Assembly (NCBI GenBank): GCA_028534125.1
Contig: CM052817.1
Span: forward strand, 4,528,001 to 4,592,000
Direction of reading: 5' to 3'
Length of the DNA stretch: 64,000 bases
Origin: Lama glama
Lineage: Eukaryota
The notes under the pieces were generated by a model, which was not told the DNA's origin, did not search any database, and saw only the letters and a list, made by a program, of their open reading frames with translations. The stretch's first letter is position 1. Each line of letters begins with the position of its first letter. Made by a program: the position numbers and the translations under genes. Below are positions 26,826-38,150 of this stretch, piece by piece.

Positions 26826-28582
26826 TGAGCAGGGTTTTAATAAGATGTCATCATGGGGACAGAAAGCTTGAGGCCAAGTCTGAGTAACAGAGGAATGAAT
26901 GCCCGATTCGGGCCGGAGCGACGCTGCCCTGGACTCCCCTCCGGGGCCTCCAGGAGCTGCCCTCAGTTTCCTTTCATAAAGGAGAGCGGTTTCCCCAGTC
27001 TCCCCTCTAATAAACTGATTTCCCATGGGAAAAAAACCCCTCAAAACTGTCACTGTCAGACAGATATACACAGGCCCACAGAGATGCATGTGGAGAGAGA
27101 CACCAAAAAAGACAGGCTCACAGAGAGATGCAGTGATACACCCACACAGACGTGGACACACGGGAGAGACAAACATCCAGAAACAGAGAGGCCAGGAGTA
27201 TGGGCCAGAGACACAGAGCACAGACGAAGTGCCGACTCATCTCCGGGAAGCCACCACCCTGGACTGCCAGGCACTCTCGCTTCCTTGCCAGCTCCCCACG
27301 TCGGCCCCGGGGAGGGCGGCCAGTCCCTCCACGGGGACCTACCTGCCCAGTGTGGGCAAGGGAAGCCCTGTCTCCAGAATCCTTGCGAAGCAGCAGCAGC
27401 AGATGACTGTCGAAAATGATTTTTCAGATCGCTAGAAGCTTCCCTTACTGATTTCAAACTTCCTTGTGAAATTCGTTTTAAAACACCCAGCCCACTTTCC
27501 GCCCGTGGTAAGCAGAGGCTGCCGACCAGGACTGAGTGTCAGAGGCGGTAGGCGGTGGGGAGGGCTGCCCTCCCGGGCAGGGGCTGACTGGCCCCAGGTC
27601 CAAATCTCAGCCACGGGACTCGGGACGGTGACCGAGCTCCCTGAGTCTTGGGTTCCTCATCTGGACAATGGTGTACAAGCCAGGCCATGGGGTACTGAGA
27701 GGACTGCATGAAAACAACTCACGTGCGTGTTCACATCACTTAAAAATGACACATGTGAAAATGCCTGGAATTCAGCAGGTGCTAAACAAGAAACTTAGCT
27801 CAATCTTTCCCCTTTTTCCCAGTATCTCTCTCCCTCTTTCTCTCTACCTACCTACCTAGACACCTGTATTCCCCTTTGGACAATTGAGGCAGACTGACGG
27901 TTGTCTGTGGTACTTTCAGGGGCCAGGAAGTGACCGGGAATAACACATCTCTGGAGGAAACCCCTCCTCCCCCACGGAGCTCACACAGGAGGTGACGCCC
28001 TAGGAACCGGCTCAGGCTGGACAGAGCAGAGGGGACCATAAGGAAGGGACAGGGACCAGCTACCTTTTAATATCGCCTTCAGAGGCCCAGAAGTCCCATT
28101 TTAGATATTTACTTAAAAGAAATGAAACAAACAAACAAACTTATACACAAACATTCCCAGAAACCCCACACTGTGTGCACATTCCCACAGTGGATGGAGC
28201 GAGTAAAAGAATCACTGATGAGTGAAACAAGGACATGGACAAGCAGGCACAAGGAAGCATATGATGGCATTTACAGAAACTTTGAGAAGAGCAAAACCAG
28301 TCTTGGAGGTGGAAATCAACAGCGGCTGCCTGTGGAAGGGGCGCTAGAGAACTTTCCAGAGTGAGGAACATTCCTGATTGGGGTCTTGGTTACAAGGGTG
28401 GAAACACTTCTCATTCATCAAACTGTCCACTTCAAATCTGTGCATTTTATTACATGTAAATCACACCCCCAAAAGAAGCCTGTTGGGACACGAGATGCCA
28501 GTGGCCTGTCTGGACGCCATGCAGGTAGGACACAGGGACCCCCAACAGGATCCTCCTCCAACACCCCCGACAGCCAGCTTAC

Positions 28583-28708
28583 GTCCAGAGCCTCCTCGTC
28601 CTTGGACGTCGGCACTTCTCTCTTCCTCCTCCGGGATGGGGAGCCGGTTTCCGACGGGGTCTGCATGTTAGACTCCAAATTCCTGAGTAGGTTCTGAGTG
28701 TCATCTTT
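28583..28708 (-). CDS. EVC: EVC coding exon 2 (126 nt): [42 protein letters not shown]
   Basis: Matches recalled human [32 protein letters not shown]. Acceptor ttttag, donor GAC|gtaagc. Confidence 0.96.
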
Positions 28709-29199
28709 CTAAAATCCAAAGGCGGGGCAGGATGGGGAGAGCACATCGAATCGGTCAACGTGGGGTCATTGCAACTTCAGCCATCAGCCCCCACCCCCAG
28801 CAGTCATGTCTGCTCATCTCCAGGCCAGGGCCTGGACCTCTCTGTGCAGTGCTCCCATGCCCACCTGTGGTCAGCTACATCCTTCAAGACTGTCCAGGTG
28901 TCCCCTTCCTGAGAAGCCCCCCAAAGCCCCATCTCAGTGTGTCCTCAGGGCCTGGGGGCAATACTTGGAATGAAGCTCATTCCATTGTTCTTCTGAGTTG
29001 GTGCCCGAATCTACCCCCCACCCCAGCCACCCCTGGCAGCCTGTGAGCTCCTTTTGGGGCGGGGATAGGGTAACAGCTCAACATGGAGAATGACACAAAC
29101 ATATTAATACTCCTGTTATTTCCAATAATGTCATTGCATGATTTTTAAAAAAATACTTTAGGTAACCTTAAACTATAGGATGGTTTCTAGGGTGAACTA

Positions 29200-29807
29200 C
29201 AGTTGATCCTCATTATTTGTGGACTCTGTATTGGCAAGTTTGCCTACCTGCTATAACTTTTGGCCACCCCCAAATCAGCATTTGTGAGCTGCTGTGGTCA
29301 TTCCTGGACATGAGCAGAAATGTCAAAACTTTGAGTTGCCCAACATGCAATTTCCAACTGAGTTTGAACACGGCAATGCTCTGGTTCTGCCTTCTTGTTT
29401 TCAGCCCATCCTGCAAGCAAGCGTCCTTTCCAAGTTCGATTTAGTGCCATTCCTTTTTCACATCTCTGTGCTTTTTGTGGATGATTTTGTTGTTTAAAAT
29501 GACCCCTGAAGTGTGCTGAAGTGCCGTCTAGTGTTTTATGGAGAAAATGCATGTGTTAACTGGCTCTGTTTGGGCGTGTGTTACAGTGCTGCTGGCATGA
29601 GTTCAAGGTTAATGAATCAACAATATATTAAATAAGGTGTCTTTCAACAGAAATACATATAAAACAAGGTTACGTATTGATGGATTAACGAAAAGGTTAT
29701 GACCATAATCTTATAGACGCCCCACCCTGCATCTCCCACAGGAGCAATGCTTCCGTATTTGTCAATCCTGCGCTTGCAGTGATTTTACAGAACAGAATTA
29801 TCAACTG
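29200..29807 (+). mobile_element. TcMar-Tigger non-autonomous element (MER82-like)
   Basis: TIR CAGTTGAT...ATCAACTG flanked by TA on both sides; interior resembles the recalled MER82 consensus. Confidence 0.85.
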
Positions 29808-29919
29808 TATTTAAAATCCTATTATGCCAGAGACACTTCTCAAACCTCTTCTTGGCCACTGGCTGCTTCTGGGTATGAAGAAATATCACCAGTTTGTCAC
29901 TCTGTTAGGCAGCAACTGC

Positions 29920-30360
29920 CACAGAGCATCTATTCAGTGTCAAGCCTTATTCTATTGCTGGGAATAGAGTAATGAACAAAATGAATAAAGCCCCTGCCTT
30001 CAGGGAGTTTACATTCTAGAGACAGAAGACAGGCATAAGCAAACAAAGAAATAAATATATAGTATGTCAGAGGTGGTAAGTGCTGGTACTACAGAGAAAA
30101 CTAACAGAAGATGGGAGAATGGACAGTGATGGGAGGGGAGGGCCTCTTGGACAAGGCGGCATTTGAAAAAAAAAACTTGAAGGAAGTGAGAAAGCAAGCA
30201 AACCATTCAGGTATCTCACTCAGGAACAAGCATTCCAGGGTGAGGGCACGGCAGGTGCAAAGGCCCTGAGGCAGGGGCATGCTCAGCACGTCCAGGGAAG
30301 TCCATGTGGCTCGAGCCGTCTGGGGTGAGGTAGACAGGGTTAGATGATGAAGCCAGAGAT
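29920..30360. mobile_element. L2 LINE fragment
   Basis: L2-type motifs cccctgccttcagggagtttacattctag and gcattccagggtgagggcacggcaggtgcaaaggccctgagg. Confidence 0.7.
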
Positions 30361-30479
30361 TTAAGGGTTGTTTGTTTAGCAGTTGTAGCTGACCAGTTCA
30401 AGGAGTCTGCAGGGAAGAACCCAGTCACATCACCCGACAGTAAAGACTCCAGGAGAAAAACGTCATTCACCTCGTGGGG

Positions 30480-32280
30480 GAGAATCAGGTTTTTGCTCCC
30501 CAGTTAAAAAGGACCAGGAGGTCAAGGGTCACCAGCCATTTGAGGACAGACTCCAATACGAAAGACAAACCCCAAAGCAAACAAAAGGAAAAAGCAAGCA
30601 GGAAATAGACACAGCATGGACACCCAATGTGTCCAGGAAAACTGAAAACAAACAAAAGGAACTTCCTCAGAGAGATAAGAGGAGATATCACATTCACAAA
30701 ATAAGAACAGGATAGTTAAACATAGAACGTTCTGAGGACAAATAAGAACTCTTGAAATTAAAAATATGAAAAACTCAGTACAAGTATAAAGTTGAGAAAA
30801 GTCTCCCAGGAAACAGTGTAAAAATGTAAGGAGATAGAAAACGAGCAGAAAGAAAACTTCAGAGGCCCAACTCAGCCAAAAACTGATAGGAGTTCCTGAA
30901 AGAAGCAACAGAACATTTAAAAGGAAAAGAGTCTTCAAAGAATCAAGAAAATGAGTTTCCAGAACAAAAACAGAATGCACAGTACAATGGACGGCATTCA
31001 ACTACGACCAAGACCCACCCTGGTACACTTCACATATTGGGAGCAAAGCCAGAACCTTTCAAGATTCTACAGAGGAGCAAAAGAAAAAAAAAAAAAGATT
31101 CCATGCAAAGTATTAAGGATCAAAACACAATCCAATTTCTTAACATCAACAATGGAAGCTCTAAGATAGTGAAAAATGTTCAAAATTCTGCAGAAAGAGT
31201 ATTTTCAACCTGGAGAATTAAGTATAAAGACAGAAGAACATAGATATTTTCAGACACAGAAATTCTCAAAAGAACTTCTATTCATCCTTTTCTCAGAAAG
31301 CTACTAGAGGATGTGCTGCAGCTGGATTAGGAAATTACCCAAGAAAGACAGTGGAGGGGATCCTGAAAGAGGGTCCATCCCAGGAGAGAGGTGCAAAAGT
31401 TTCCACCCAGTGGCCCTGAGAAGTCCCAGTGGTGGCAGCAAAAGCCTACAGCGGCTGCTTCTCGAAATTCAGGAACAGAAAGGTCATGGGAGAGCTTGTT
31501 AAACTCAGCTTGCTGGACTCACCTCCAGAGATTCTCATCGGTGAGTCTGGGGTGGGGCCCAAGAACTAGTATTTCTAACAAGTTCCCAGGGGATGCTGAT
31601 GCTGCAGGTCTGGTCCACACTGAGTGCAGCAATGGTCTAGAGGCAACCAGCTGAGATGGGAGAGGTCAGAAGCTTTCTGGGAGAGAAGTTTTTCGAAAAG
31701 ATAAAACTGATCAAATACCTAATGTCTTCAGAGGAGATGTAGACGAATAGGGGAGAGTTTATTGTGAAATGAATGGTAAGTATATAGAATCTAAGGAAAT
31801 GAAAAAACTGGGTAATTATTAATTTCAGAGAAAACAAAATATTGTGCAAAAAAAGAAAGTAACCATAATTACAGCTAATCCTTGACTTCTAGTGAATTAT
31901 GTTTACAAAATTGGAATAATGAAAACACCAAATACTGATTTAACCAAAATTACCCTATAACCACACAGGGAGGTGGAGGTTGTGGTGGTGGACGGTGGGA
32001 GGGGGATGTAAATATGAAGGAGGGGAGAAAAGAAAGCGAAAACATTCCCCACTTCCATAGTGGGAAGTCAAGCAGCCATGTAAACAAGTTATTCAGAAAT
32101 GGAAAGTAAATGACCAAAATAGCCAGCTGAACAAGAATTGAACAAGGTGGCTTCGGAGAAGTGGGAAATGGGTGGGGGTGTCGCTGCCATAAATGAACAT
32201 TTTAAATTACATGCATGTGTCACTTTGATGTCAAAAAAACGTTTCAATGATGAAATAAAGAAAACTAATTAAATAAAACA
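30480..32280 (+). mobile_element. Ancient A-rich L1/HAL1-like fragment, interrupted by a MER5A-like element near 31500-31640
   Basis: A-rich strand with decayed L1 ORF1-like sequence; MER5A motif atttctaacaagttcccaggggatgctgatgctgc. Confidence 0.55.
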
Positions 32281-32884
32281 AAAGCCGCAAAAGGAAAGTG
32301 GTCCAAGATAGAATTGTGAGCTGGGTGACTTGGACCAGAGGAGGACAGAGTGTCCAGGACCCATGAGGGAGGAAGTGCTTGATCTAGCCTGAGGGTTGGG
32401 ACACTTTCCTACGTGGATTTCTCTCTGGGTCCTGAAGGATGAGCGAGACAAGAGGACGAGAAAGGTTTCGGCTGGCAGAGAACAGATGTGCACAAGTGCA
32501 GAGGCATCTGGGGACCAAGGGGACTCTGGGTGGCTGGATGCCCCGGGGAAGGTAAGACACCTGATGCACCATGCTGGGAAAATGGACATGAGCTTGAGTG
32601 GGCAACCAGGAGCCACTGGAGCCTTTTAACCAGGACAGTCATATTGTTGGATGTACATTTTATAAATGGAGACTAGAGGCAGGAGATGAAATAAAGGAGG
32701 ATACGTAGGAAAAAAGTGTTGCCAAGGTCACATCCACACCATCAGAAAATCCCACCAGCCCCACCCTTGAGCCAGAGCCCCTTCCATGGCTACAAGCCTG
32801 GTCTGAGCCACCACCACCTTCAGCTGGACTAGTGTATCTGTTACGGACCAGCTGTGCAATCCCAGGCAGCTTGTGAGCCTCTGG

Positions 32885-33288
32885 GCTACCACTAAAGTCT
32901 GAATGTTTGTGTCCCGCTGTCTCTACCCCACCCCACCCCACCCCACTCCGGCTGGCTTCTTATGCTGAAATCCTAATCCTCGACGCAATGGTATTGGGAG
33001 GTGGGGTCTCTGGAAGGTGATCGGGTCGTGAGGGTGAGGTCCTCATGAATGGGATTAGTGCCCTGATAGAAGAGGCCCCTGCAATCTCCACTGCCCCTTC
33101 TGACTTGTGAGGACACAGAGAGAAGTCAGCTTTCTGCAACCTGGAAGAGGACTTTCGCCAGAGCCCAGCATGCTGGCACCCTGACCTTGGACTTTCAGCC
33201 CCCAGAACTGTGAGAAATAAGTTTCTGCTGCTCAAAATCTACCTAGTTTATGGTATTTTTATTATCACAGCCTGAACAGACTAAGACA
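32885..33288 (+). mobile_element. MaLR (MLT1A/MST-like) solo LTR
   Basis: Motifs tctgaatgtttgtgtccc, gtattgggaggtgggg, ctcatgaatgggattagtgccct, agaactgtgagaaataa; ends in gactaagaca. Confidence 0.85.
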
Positions 33289-34798
33289 GGTACCACATGC
33301 CACTTCAGCAGGTAGCAGGTGGTTAAAAGCTCTGACTTAGGGGTTCAGACGGACTGGGCTTGAAGTCCACCCCCCTGCTCACCCCTTGTGTGCCCCTGGA
33401 CAAAGAACAGCCTTGCAGAGCCTTGATGTCCTCACTGGAAAATGAGGATAATGACAGTCAACACGCAGAGGCTTGGAGTGAGGATCCAGAAGCAAATGCC
33501 CACAAGCACCTGGCACGGGGCCTGGCACCCAGGAAAGGCTCTGACGTGTTACTTCCCTCTTCACACAAGGAGCCTGTCTCAATCACCAGCAGGATGCGAC
33601 AACCTCAAACCTACCTACAAGCACCTTGCACTTGGTTAGTTTCAACCTACGTCGCACGAACTCCGGAAGTCACCCGCCAGGTGAGAGAGCCTGGCTTACC
33701 ATTGCTGGGTTTATCTCCTTCTCACGTGGGCCAGGAGTAGGGGAACAAGACTATACCACCTTATCCCAGATCCCACCACACTTTCTGCTTCTATGAGGTC
33801 AAAGCTGCAGAGTCCTAAAACACCGCTCATGTCACCGTTGATTTAAGGACTGCCGGATGCTCCGCATCTCCACACAACATCCGATTCTACAACAGCTGTA
33901 TGAAGCATCCGTTAATTCCGTCAGGTGGCCACCTGTGACCCATTCCCTCCACCTCCAGTATGGTGGCTTTGGGGTTAGACACACACCTGTCCTCTTGGCA
34001 AGTTACTTTAACTTCTCTGTGCCTCAGTTTCCTCATCTGCAAAATGGGGGCATTAATAGCACAAGCTCACAAAGCTGTCTTGGAGATTCAGTGAGATCAT
34101 TCAGGTAGAGGGTCAGTGCCTGGCATACAGCCAGCATTCAATAAATGCTAGTATTTTTCATTTTCCCATCACAGAACTCATCAGGCTGTGTTATAATAAA
34201 ATGTTTACTTGGACTCTGTCCATCCCTGTCTCCCTCTGAAGGCTGTGAACCTCCAGGGGCAGGCGCAGGGGCAGGGTCTTCCTGGCACATTGATGGGGCG
34301 CCTAAGCCTAGTGGCAGGCAGTAGAAGGTGCTCAGTAAACTTTTGGGGAAGTGTTGAGCGCATGCTGATGTAGCAACGGGGGCTCATGAGGGGCTAGCTG
34401 GGTGATCCACACAGCAAGGAAGCAGAACGGGCACCCAGGGGTGGGAATCCCCAGCCCTCCTGTCCACCGCGCTGAGCGGGACCCACCAGTCCAAATCCTT
34501 GCTGTTACAGACGAGGAGACTGAGGCTCCCGGGCGTTCAGGGGCTAACGTCATCCAGCGCTGTTGGATGGTGCAGACACCTCTGGGGTACCCCAAGCCAC
34601 AGCCTTCCCTTATTTGGCTTCTTCCCTCTGAAATCACAGTCTCCAGCCGCCTCTGGAGCACCCGGGGAACCCTGCCGCACAGGACCCACTGCGCACGATG
34701 CCCGCGAACACGCTCAAGTGGACGCAGAGCCGGGGCTGGAGCCCGGACCCCAGAGCCGAGGAGGACCGCGCCCCGTGCACCCCCACACCCCGGCCTAC

Positions 34799-34972
34799 CT
34801 GGTGCCGAGGCCGCGGGCGGGCGGCGCGGCAGCCCAGCCAGAGGCCGAGGCCGAGGCCGAGCGCGGCGCCCAGCAGCACGGCGGGGGCCAGCAGGGCGGG
34901 CGCCGGCCGCACCGCGTCCCGGCCCAGCGGCAGCCGCGCGTCGCTCCCGCAGGTCGCCGCGCCGCGGGCCAT
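34799..34972 (-). CDS. EVC: EVC coding exon 1 (174 nt): [58 protein letters not shown], including the signal-anchor helix
   Basis: Matches recalled human N-terminus [48 protein letters not shown]. Donor CAG|gtaggc. Confidence 0.97.
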
Positions 34973-35331
34973 CGGGGGCGCTCAGGCGGCCCGCCCGCCG
35001 CATCCTGCCCGCCGCCGCGCGCTGCCCGGGCCCGCCGCCCGGGGCACCATCCCCGCCAGGCCCGCGACGCCTTTCGGGCCCCCCCGCGGGCCAGGGTCGC
35101 GGGGCGCGCTCCGCCGACTTCTCCGGCCTGCGCAGCCTCCTTCCTCCGGCTCCTCTCCCCCTGCCCGGCGCGGCCCCGCGCAGGGCGGAGCCTGGACCCG
35201 CCGCCCAAACTTGGAGCCACCCCGCCCCAGCCCTGCCTTTGCACTGAGCATGCCCCGCGGCGAGGGGCGCTTCTCAGAGAGCAGGGCCTTCGGGCAAGAG
35301 TCTTGTTTTGCATCGGCTTCTTGACTTCCAG

Positions 35332-35376
35332 CGGGGAAGGGAACCCCAGCTACGGGGAAGGGAACCCCAGCTACGG
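35332..35376. repeat. Perfect 21-bp tandem duplication (cggggaagggaaccccagcta x2)
   Basis: Directly visible. Confidence 0.95.
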
Positions 35377-35458
35377 AGGAGAGCGTTGCTCAGTTAAGTT
35401 GCGTGCTTACGCTTTGTTAAGCTGTTAGCCTGACGACCTGAGTAACTTTAAAAAAAAA

Positions 35459-35567
35459 TTTTTTTTAATTTTGGGGAGAGGAGATAATTGGACTTATTTA
35501 TTTATTTTTAATGGAGGTACTGGGGATTAAACCCACGCACTCTACAACTGAGTTTTGCCGTGTCCCT
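35459..35567 (-). mobile_element. Degenerate, internally deleted vic-1-like SINE
   Basis: ttatttatttatttttaatggaggtactggggattaaacccacgcactctacaactgag has the same layout as the 14521-14717 copy but lacks the anticodon-arm region. Confidence 0.75.
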
Positions 35568-36028
35568 ACTCCCCCCACCCCCCTTTCTTCACAGCCTTCT
35601 GAGATGGGTACTATTTATGCACCCATGCTCAGGGTCAGAGCTAAGTGACCCAATCAGGTCTGACTCAGCCTTACTGCTGACCTCTACTGATTGGCCATCC
35701 TTGGGCCACACAGCCTGTAAACTTGTTTGCCTGAAAAACTCCTGTTTTAATACTTTTTTTTTCCAGGGATAGTCACTGCTTTCTCCTAAGACAATGCATT
35801 TGGAGACTGTTACACCCAGCCCCTGCTAGAGACACTGCTGGGTCATTCCTTCACTCAGCATTTACATAGAACCTACTGTTTGAACCAGCATCAGGCCAGT
35901 GACCAATCAGACAAGGCCCAGGCAGTGAGGAGCTGACGGCTGTGTGGGGAGATAGTCAGATGAGTTCAGCATCTCTTCTGTCTTTTAGCAAATTTACTGA
36001 TGCTAGCTCTTGTTCTGGGTCCTGGCGT

Positions 36029-36054
36029 ACACACACACACACACACACACACAC
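36029..36054. repeat. (CA)n microsatellite in the intergenic spacer
   Basis: Directly visible. Confidence 0.9.
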
Positions 36055-37399
36055 AGACCCCCTCCTACCATTTGGAGCTTAATTTCCTACAAGGCCCAGA
36101 GCATGGGGATCTGTTGCAACAGAGAGGGTTTTTGTGTTCTTAAACTGGACGTCCAGCTCAAGTTTCTGGGTGTTTTTTCTTTTTTTCAATCATTTCCTCA
36201 GCAACTCTTCCAAGTTGGCAAGATGAGAACATCACATAGATTTACTCTTTATAGATGAAGAAGCTGATAACTAGAGAGGAGAAAGGCTGACTCAGTCTGG
36301 TGGTGGGAAGTGGGACAGATAGATGCACTCACACCTGTGTTTGTCTGGCTTCACACTCTCTGCCACGCTGTGCTTCTTAGATGTTTCCTTAGGCACATCT
36401 TCAAGGCTCCGGGGGATGAGTATGAGGGCAGTAACCTGAAGTTCTTACTTTATGACAGTGATTTCTTTGGATGCTCAGGCTTCAGTTTTAAAAATGTAGT
36501 GTTCTTTGCATTTTTCTTTATTATAAAGCCGTTTGAATATCGAAACCATCCTTTAAACTACTCACTAATAGAATTCGTGCTCCAGCAATATGCCAGCATT
36601 TAGCCTTTGGTCTTTTCTCGCTCCTGGCCCACTGCTTAGTACCCCCAGCGTACCCCACATGGAAAGCTTGGCTAGTAAGTTCTCAGAGTCCCAAATCCCA
36701 TCGTCTTGTCCCTGTTGCATCAGGGAGTCAGAGAAGGCCTGTCCTTGGAGGGACAGGGGAAAAAAAGGCTGATAGGTGCCAGGCTTCCTGGCCTGAGACT
36801 GCCAACAGTATAACAGGCCACCTGCAGGAGGCTGAAGAGGTGTCAGCTGTCCCTGTGGGCCCAGGGGACTGACAGCCCTACCCTATGGAGGGCTCAGGGA
36901 GTTTGCGGAGCTGCTGCCTCCTGGCTCAGGGGACCAGGTTCTGCAGAGAGGTCTCACAGTGCCCGGACTGACTCCCTGCTCTCCTCCACCCTCTCGCTCC
37001 CAGGGTGGGGGTAGGTTCTCGGGCAGGGGCAGGCGCGAAGCCATAGCAAGGGCTCAGGCAGTGGGAACCTGACTGGGTTGAACTGAACCCAACAGGACAC
37101 GAAAAGTGGCCTTTCTCTCTGGCATCTGAGCTTCCAGTTTCCCTCCCAGCCCAGCTGCTCGCTGTTCTGTACCCTCAGGGCCCTCCAGGACATGCGGCAC
37201 TGCCTCTCCAAAAGTTTCTCAGTTATTTAATCGGGGGCTGGTGGGCCTGGTGAGATGCGCGATTCAGCCCGGTATGTCTCAAGGAAGGCTTGCTGGAAGA
37301 GGTGAGTCTGAGTTGAGACTCAGAGAACTGAGTAGGCAGTACTGGAGAGGCACTGGGAGCCCCTAAAGTCTTTGGGAGCAGGAGTCACCCGATCTGATT

Positions 37400-38150
37400 T
37401 TGGGAGTGTCCCCGGATGGGGCGCGAGCAAATCGAAGTGCGGCCGCGCCAGCCTCGCTCCCTCCCTCCCACGTCCGTCTTGGTCCCAGGCCGACTCCAGG
37501 CCCGCCAAGCCCAGAGGCCGGAGTCTGTTCCAGAAAACTTTCCGCGGAGGCTCGCACTGAGCATGCTCGGCGGCGGGGCGGGCCTGGGGTCCGGAAGCTG
37601 CCCCAACTCCGCCTGCACCCGCGAATCTGGGGGTCGCTGGTCCCCGCGGGCGATGGGCACCCGGGGGCGCGCCACGTGGGTGCTGGCCGGGGGCCTCCTG
37701 GCCGCCGCCTCGGCGCTGCTCGCGGAGCCCGAGGACCGAGGACGGCCCCCCGCGGGCCCGGGCCCCTTCCGGCGCCCCCTCGGCGCGCAGCCTCCCGCGG
37801 GTGCCCCCGCGGCTCCCGGGGCGGGGCCCGAGCGCAGCGCGCAGGTGAGGAGCGCCGGCCCCCCCATCTCAGGTCTGACTCGGGCGTTTTGGCTTCACCC
37901 ACACCGGGGGCGGGGAGGCCCCGTCGGGTGGGGAAATTACCCGAAGGGGAGGGCGGGATCCGAGGATGCGTCGCATGTTCCTTAGTGGATCCCGCTTTGG
38001 GCCGGAAAACTCCCCGGTTGGGCGGAGACAGCGATGTGGCAACCGCGGGCTTGGACTTTGTTGGCGGCCGGTTCGAGCCCGCTCTGCGGCCCGAGGGCTC
38101 TGTGATCTCGGGCAGGTCGCTTCGCTTCTTGTGCCTCGGTACCCTGATCT
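37400..38150. promoter_or_regulatory. CpG island and EVC2 promoter
   Basis: High CpG density, with GC box ggggcggg near 37575 and ETS-like ccggaag near 37592. Confidence 0.9.
37653..37844 (+). CDS. EVC2: EVC2 (limbin) coding exon 1 (192 nt): MGTRGRATWVLAGGLLAAASALLAEPEDRGRPPAGPGPFRRPLGAQPPAGAPAAPGAGPERSAQ, with signal peptide
   Basis: Matches recalled human RGRPTWVLAGGLLA...RPLGAQPP...GAGPESSTQ. Good Kozak context gcgATGg; donor CAG|gtgagg. Confidence 0.93.

Larger units (their letters stand above)
34640..35400. promoter_or_regulatory. CpG island and EVC promoter
   Basis: Very high GC and CpG density with GC boxes (gggcgg, ccgccc), spanning EVC exon 1. Confidence 0.9.

Noticed and set aside
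34332..35428. Several long overlapping ORFs (up to 309 aa) on both strands
   Set aside because: Pro/Arg/Ala/Gly-rich products expected from a stop-poor CpG island; only the frame starting at 34972 matches EVC.
34370..38050. RFX X-box sites expected for ciliary genes (tagcaac near 34370, gttgct near 35385, ggcaac near 38040)
   Set aside because: Only half-sites; no full palindromic X-box can be supported by eye.
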